From contig NW_027590135.1 of NCBI RefSeq assembly GCF_964213995.1, positions 62,001-126,000 on the forward strand: DNA of 64,000 bases, written 5' to 3'. The position numbers and the translations under genes are program-made. This DNA is from Mustelus asterias (lineage: Eukaryota). Positions 60,378 through 64,000 of the stretch are shown here, piece by piece. How positions within the stretch are numbered: the first letter of the stretch is position 1; each line of letters starts with the position of its first letter. Below the pieces are notes generated by a model that saw only the letters and a list, made by a program, of their open reading frames with translations, was not told the origin of the DNA and searched no databases.

Positions 60378-61725
60378 ACGAAAACGAGACGTGATAGAGA
60401 CACAGCATCTGCCATTCCTGCTGTTTGATTGCTGGATTGAAAATGTTCTGTTCTCGGAGACTGTGGAATTGATGAGCTGTCTGTGTCTCTGAGCTCGAAG
60501 TATGTGTGAGAAGGAGCTGGCGACATTCTTCCCTGTAACTCGTGTGGAGGAAATATCTGGTTTCTTCAAATATTTGTCTGTGGAAACAAAGTACATTAAA
60601 CATCTCAAATCCAGATTCCGTCAGTTTAATCTCTATTAATAATCATTGTGAGCGGTTTGTGAGGCTGCAGACAGACTCCAGCTCTGATTGGTCACTCACA
60701 TTTCAATCACATTCCTAACCAATGGGAGGATCAGGGAGAAGAAATGGGAGGTTTTGATTGGTTCACATTTTCAAACTGGAAAAACCCGCCAATTTCAGTG
60801 CAGGAAAAATACAAAATAACGGAACGCCTGAATGTTCAGGAAACTATTTCAATCTCACACTTTATAATCTGTTTATTGTATTTTCCCTCACACAATCCTG
60901 GCGCTATTTTAGGAACAGTTTGAATTTCTCAATCTCTTATCTATAACCCGCGGTAATCAGACCCCGTTCAGCAATTTAAAACGGAGCAAATCTCAGCTCA
61001 GTGGAAAAGCAGAAACATAGAGATTGCCAACCAACTCCTTCACACAGGCTTCACAGGGACAGAGGGAAACGGCTGATTTCTGATCCTCTCCCCTGAAAGC
61101 TGTCCGGAATGTTACAATGGAAGGTGTGGAGAGAATTCCTGACTCAATCCCGCCGGTGGAACAGGCAGCTTTGTGTCCGGAGAGTAGCGAGGGCCGGGGG
61201 GAGGCAGATCTTAAAGCGCTGCAATGGACTCAGGCGCTGCTTGTGCACAGATCTGGCTGATTCCGTCCTCTGGGAAAACTGCGGAATAAACAGATCAGCC
61301 CGAGAATAACCTCTTCATTCCCGCCTTTACTCTGTTCCGGGAGCGGTGCCCAGATAACTCGAGTGAAAAAAAAATATTTTTCTGAAACTGAATATAGTTA
61401 TCATTAAATGTAAATAATTACGTCCTGATATTGTGCTGGGCCTCATTGTCCGTCACAAATCCCAGACTGGGGTTTAAAATCTGCTCTCAGTTCAGTTTGA
61501 TTGTCCCTTCAATGTGAGAGTGTGTGTGAGGGGCGGATATGAAGTCCCATTCACAGCATTCCGGAACGGGACAAATCTCTATCTGTTTCTCGTAAGCACA
61601 ATCTTTGATATCACTGTGAGAACCGACTCGCTTTGATTTTAGTTCGAACCCTGCTCGCAGCGGGTGTGATTTGAAATATTAACTCTACTGCTTGAGCCAC
61701 TAACTCAAAGAAGGCTCGCAAAGTT

Positions 61726-63404
61726 TTCAGCACGGATTATAAAATCTTTGCCAGGGCTACGGCTTCACGCCTTGGATCCGTGCTGGACCACTTGATCCAC
61801 CCTGACCAGTCCTACACGGTCCCGGGCCGTTGCATACATGACAATCTCCACCTGGTCCGGGACCTAATACATCACACCCAGAGGACTGGTCTGTCGGGCG
61901 CCTTCTTGTCATTAGATCAGGAGAAGGCGTTCGACAGGGTGGAGCACGAGTATTTACTCGGGACTCTGCGGGCATTCGGGTTCGGGACGCACTTTGTCGC
62001 CCGGATCCGATTACTGTACTCTGCCGCAGAGTGTCTGATTAAGGTTAACGGGTCCCTGACGGCGCCCCTTCGCTTTGGGAGAGGAGTACGGCAGGGCTGC
62101 CCCTTGTCCGGCCAACTGCATTCCGTATGCGTGGAGCCATTCCTGCGCCTCTTGCGGAGGAGGTTGTCAGGTTTGGCCCTGCGCGGACCGGACGTAGGGG
62201 TGGTCCTGTCAGCTTACGCCGACGACGTGCTCCTCATGTTCATGGACCCGGCTGACCTGCGGAGGATGCGAGAATGCCAGGCGGTGTACTCCGCTGCGTC
62301 CTCCGCCAGGATCAACTGGGCCAAGTGCTCCGGACTCCTTGTCGGTCCTTGGGAGACGGACCCCCTTCCGGAGGAGCTCAGGCCTTTCACCTGGAGCAGG
62401 ACCAACCTCCTCTACTTGGGGGCCCATCTCTGCCCAGCCGAGGAATCCTGGCCGGTGAACTGGCGGGAGCTGGAGGCCAAAGTCTCCGGACAGGACTGCT
62501 CCGAGTGCTGTCCTACGAGTTCGCGTCATAAACCAGCTGGTCGCCTCCATGCTGTGGTACCGGCTGGTCCCTTTGACCCCTCCCCCTGGCTTTGTCACCG
62601 ATATCCAGAGAACCCTCCTGCGATTCTTCTGGGGCAATCGACTGCACTGGGTCCCTGCTGCTGTCCTGTATCTCCCGCTTGAGGAGGGCAGACAAGGTCT
62701 GGTGTGCCTCCGCACTCAGATAGCGACCTTCCGCCTCCAGGCCCTGCAGAGGTACTTTTACGTTGAGCCCCCTCCACGATGGTGTGCCATGGCAACGTAT
62801 TTCTTCCGCCACTGGCACGGCCTCAATTATGATGTGCAGCTCCTGCATATCGAACTGGGGCGTGCTTCGACCGCCCTGCAGGAGTTGCCCGTCTTTTACC
62901 AGGACCTCCTCACTGTCTAGAACAAGGTCGCCTCGCGACGCAGCTCCCCCCCGTCAGGAGTAGCGGCTCTCGTGCGAGAGCCGCTGCTCAGCAATCTGCT
63001 CCTCCAGCCGTATAACTTCAGGTGGCTGGCGGTGAGGAGGGCTGTGGACGCTGGGGTGACCAGAATCGGGGACGTGCTCGATGGCGGCGGGGCGGGCTGG
63101 ATGAGTCCCCGCGTGCTGGCTGAGCGCACGGGGACGACCGTCCGGCGCGCGACCAAAGCCATCCTAGACCTTAGGACGGTCGTGCTCGGCCCCGAAACTG
63201 CACGCAAACTCGAGACGGCGCAGGCATGCGGTGGGATCCCGCCCGAGCGTTCCCCTGTTCGGGCGGAATTCCACATTGGCCCAAAGCCTCAGCCCCCCCT
63301 CCCTGGGTGAGGTGCCCCTGAGCCACCTTGCGGAAATGCCCTCTGTGCCTTTTTCTACCGCGCGGAGGCGTTTCCTGTGCGGGCTGCTGCTGCACACCCT
63401 CCAC
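61726..63404 (+). mobile_element. Tx1-clade LINE internal fragment (RT domain and downstream), frameshifted
   Basis: STDYKIFARA..RL..VLDHLIHPDQSYTVPGR, LDQEKAFDRV, GVRQGCPLS, AYADD, FFWG, LPLEEGRQGL; GC-rich. Confidence 0.9.
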
Positions 63405-64000
63405 TATTGCTGGGCCGAAACTCACTCACATTATTTGCTTCATACCTACTGCATCAGTGGCCTATTTCTGTGTTGGAAAGTTATTTGGAATTAATCCAAA
63501 TAGATAACTTGTCCCAGAGATTGAAGGTTATTTAATTAATCCCATACTCACACTAAATACCAAAGACTGATAAATAAGAGAATAGTTCTAATCACATGTT
63601 CAGCATCAACAGCTGAAAAGTACAGGCTGTTTACTGCACTCACTCACAGGAGCTGAGTCTGAGTGATATGAAATAAATCACACACACACCAATTGTATCA
63701 CTGAGGGATTTGGAAACAACCAAAGGCTCACACAGAGTAACGGAAACAAATGGAAGATTAGATAGAGAGAGATGTGAGTGAAAAATCCCAAATGAGACAC
63801 ACAATTTTAAACAGCATCATAGATTTACATACATGATTAATTCCACTGACAGGAACAGCATGAAGCTGATGTTCTGCAAACAGTACCAGGGGAATTAAAG
63901 CATATGTTCCATAAACAGCAGCAGGGGATTTAAAATTACTGATGTTTGCCACACTTATATAAAATGCTCACAGATATAGAGGCCATTGACAGGTCTAGAA
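63405..64000. repeat. Inverted duplication of 58930-59517 (continues past the window end)
   Basis: Reverse-complement match; ORFs 58978-59172(+) and 63758-63952(-) nearly identical. Confidence 0.93.

Overview
Vertebrate, repeat-rich DNA. A cartilaginous fish (shark) origin is inferred from the HE1/V-domain and Deu-domain SINEs, the CR1, Rex/Babar and Penelope-like repertoire and the histone N-termini. The core is a replication-dependent histone cluster on the minus strand: H1 (30648-31298), H4 (29685-29990, missing its ATG-Ser codons), H3 (27567-27977) and H2B (22782-23168). Each has a 3' stem-loop and purine-rich downstream element, and no H2A is present. Interspersed tRNA genes are two tRNA-iMet, one tRNA-Leu(TAA), a degenerate tRNA-Gly(TCC) and tRNA-Ser fragments. 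The rest is CR1, Rex/Babar, Tx1 and Penelope-like retroelements, SINEs and three related minisatellites (about 40, 20 and 36 bp). A decayed, colinear segmental duplication links about 2-22.6 kb to about 50.4-61.6 kb. Most interesting: (1) a 462-bp highly structured module flanked by 24-bp direct repeats in the 3'UTR of one CR1 copy and absent from its sister copy; (2) a Tx1 3' end fused exactly at H4 codon 3, with a second Tx1 fragment where a duplicated H2B should be; (3) an intact tRNA-Leu fused at its terminator to a LINE tail and absent from the paralogous locus; (4) short Penelope-derived insertions with 13-15 bp target-site duplications and hammerhead-like cores. All alignments and identities were done by eye, and most repeat boundaries are approximate.
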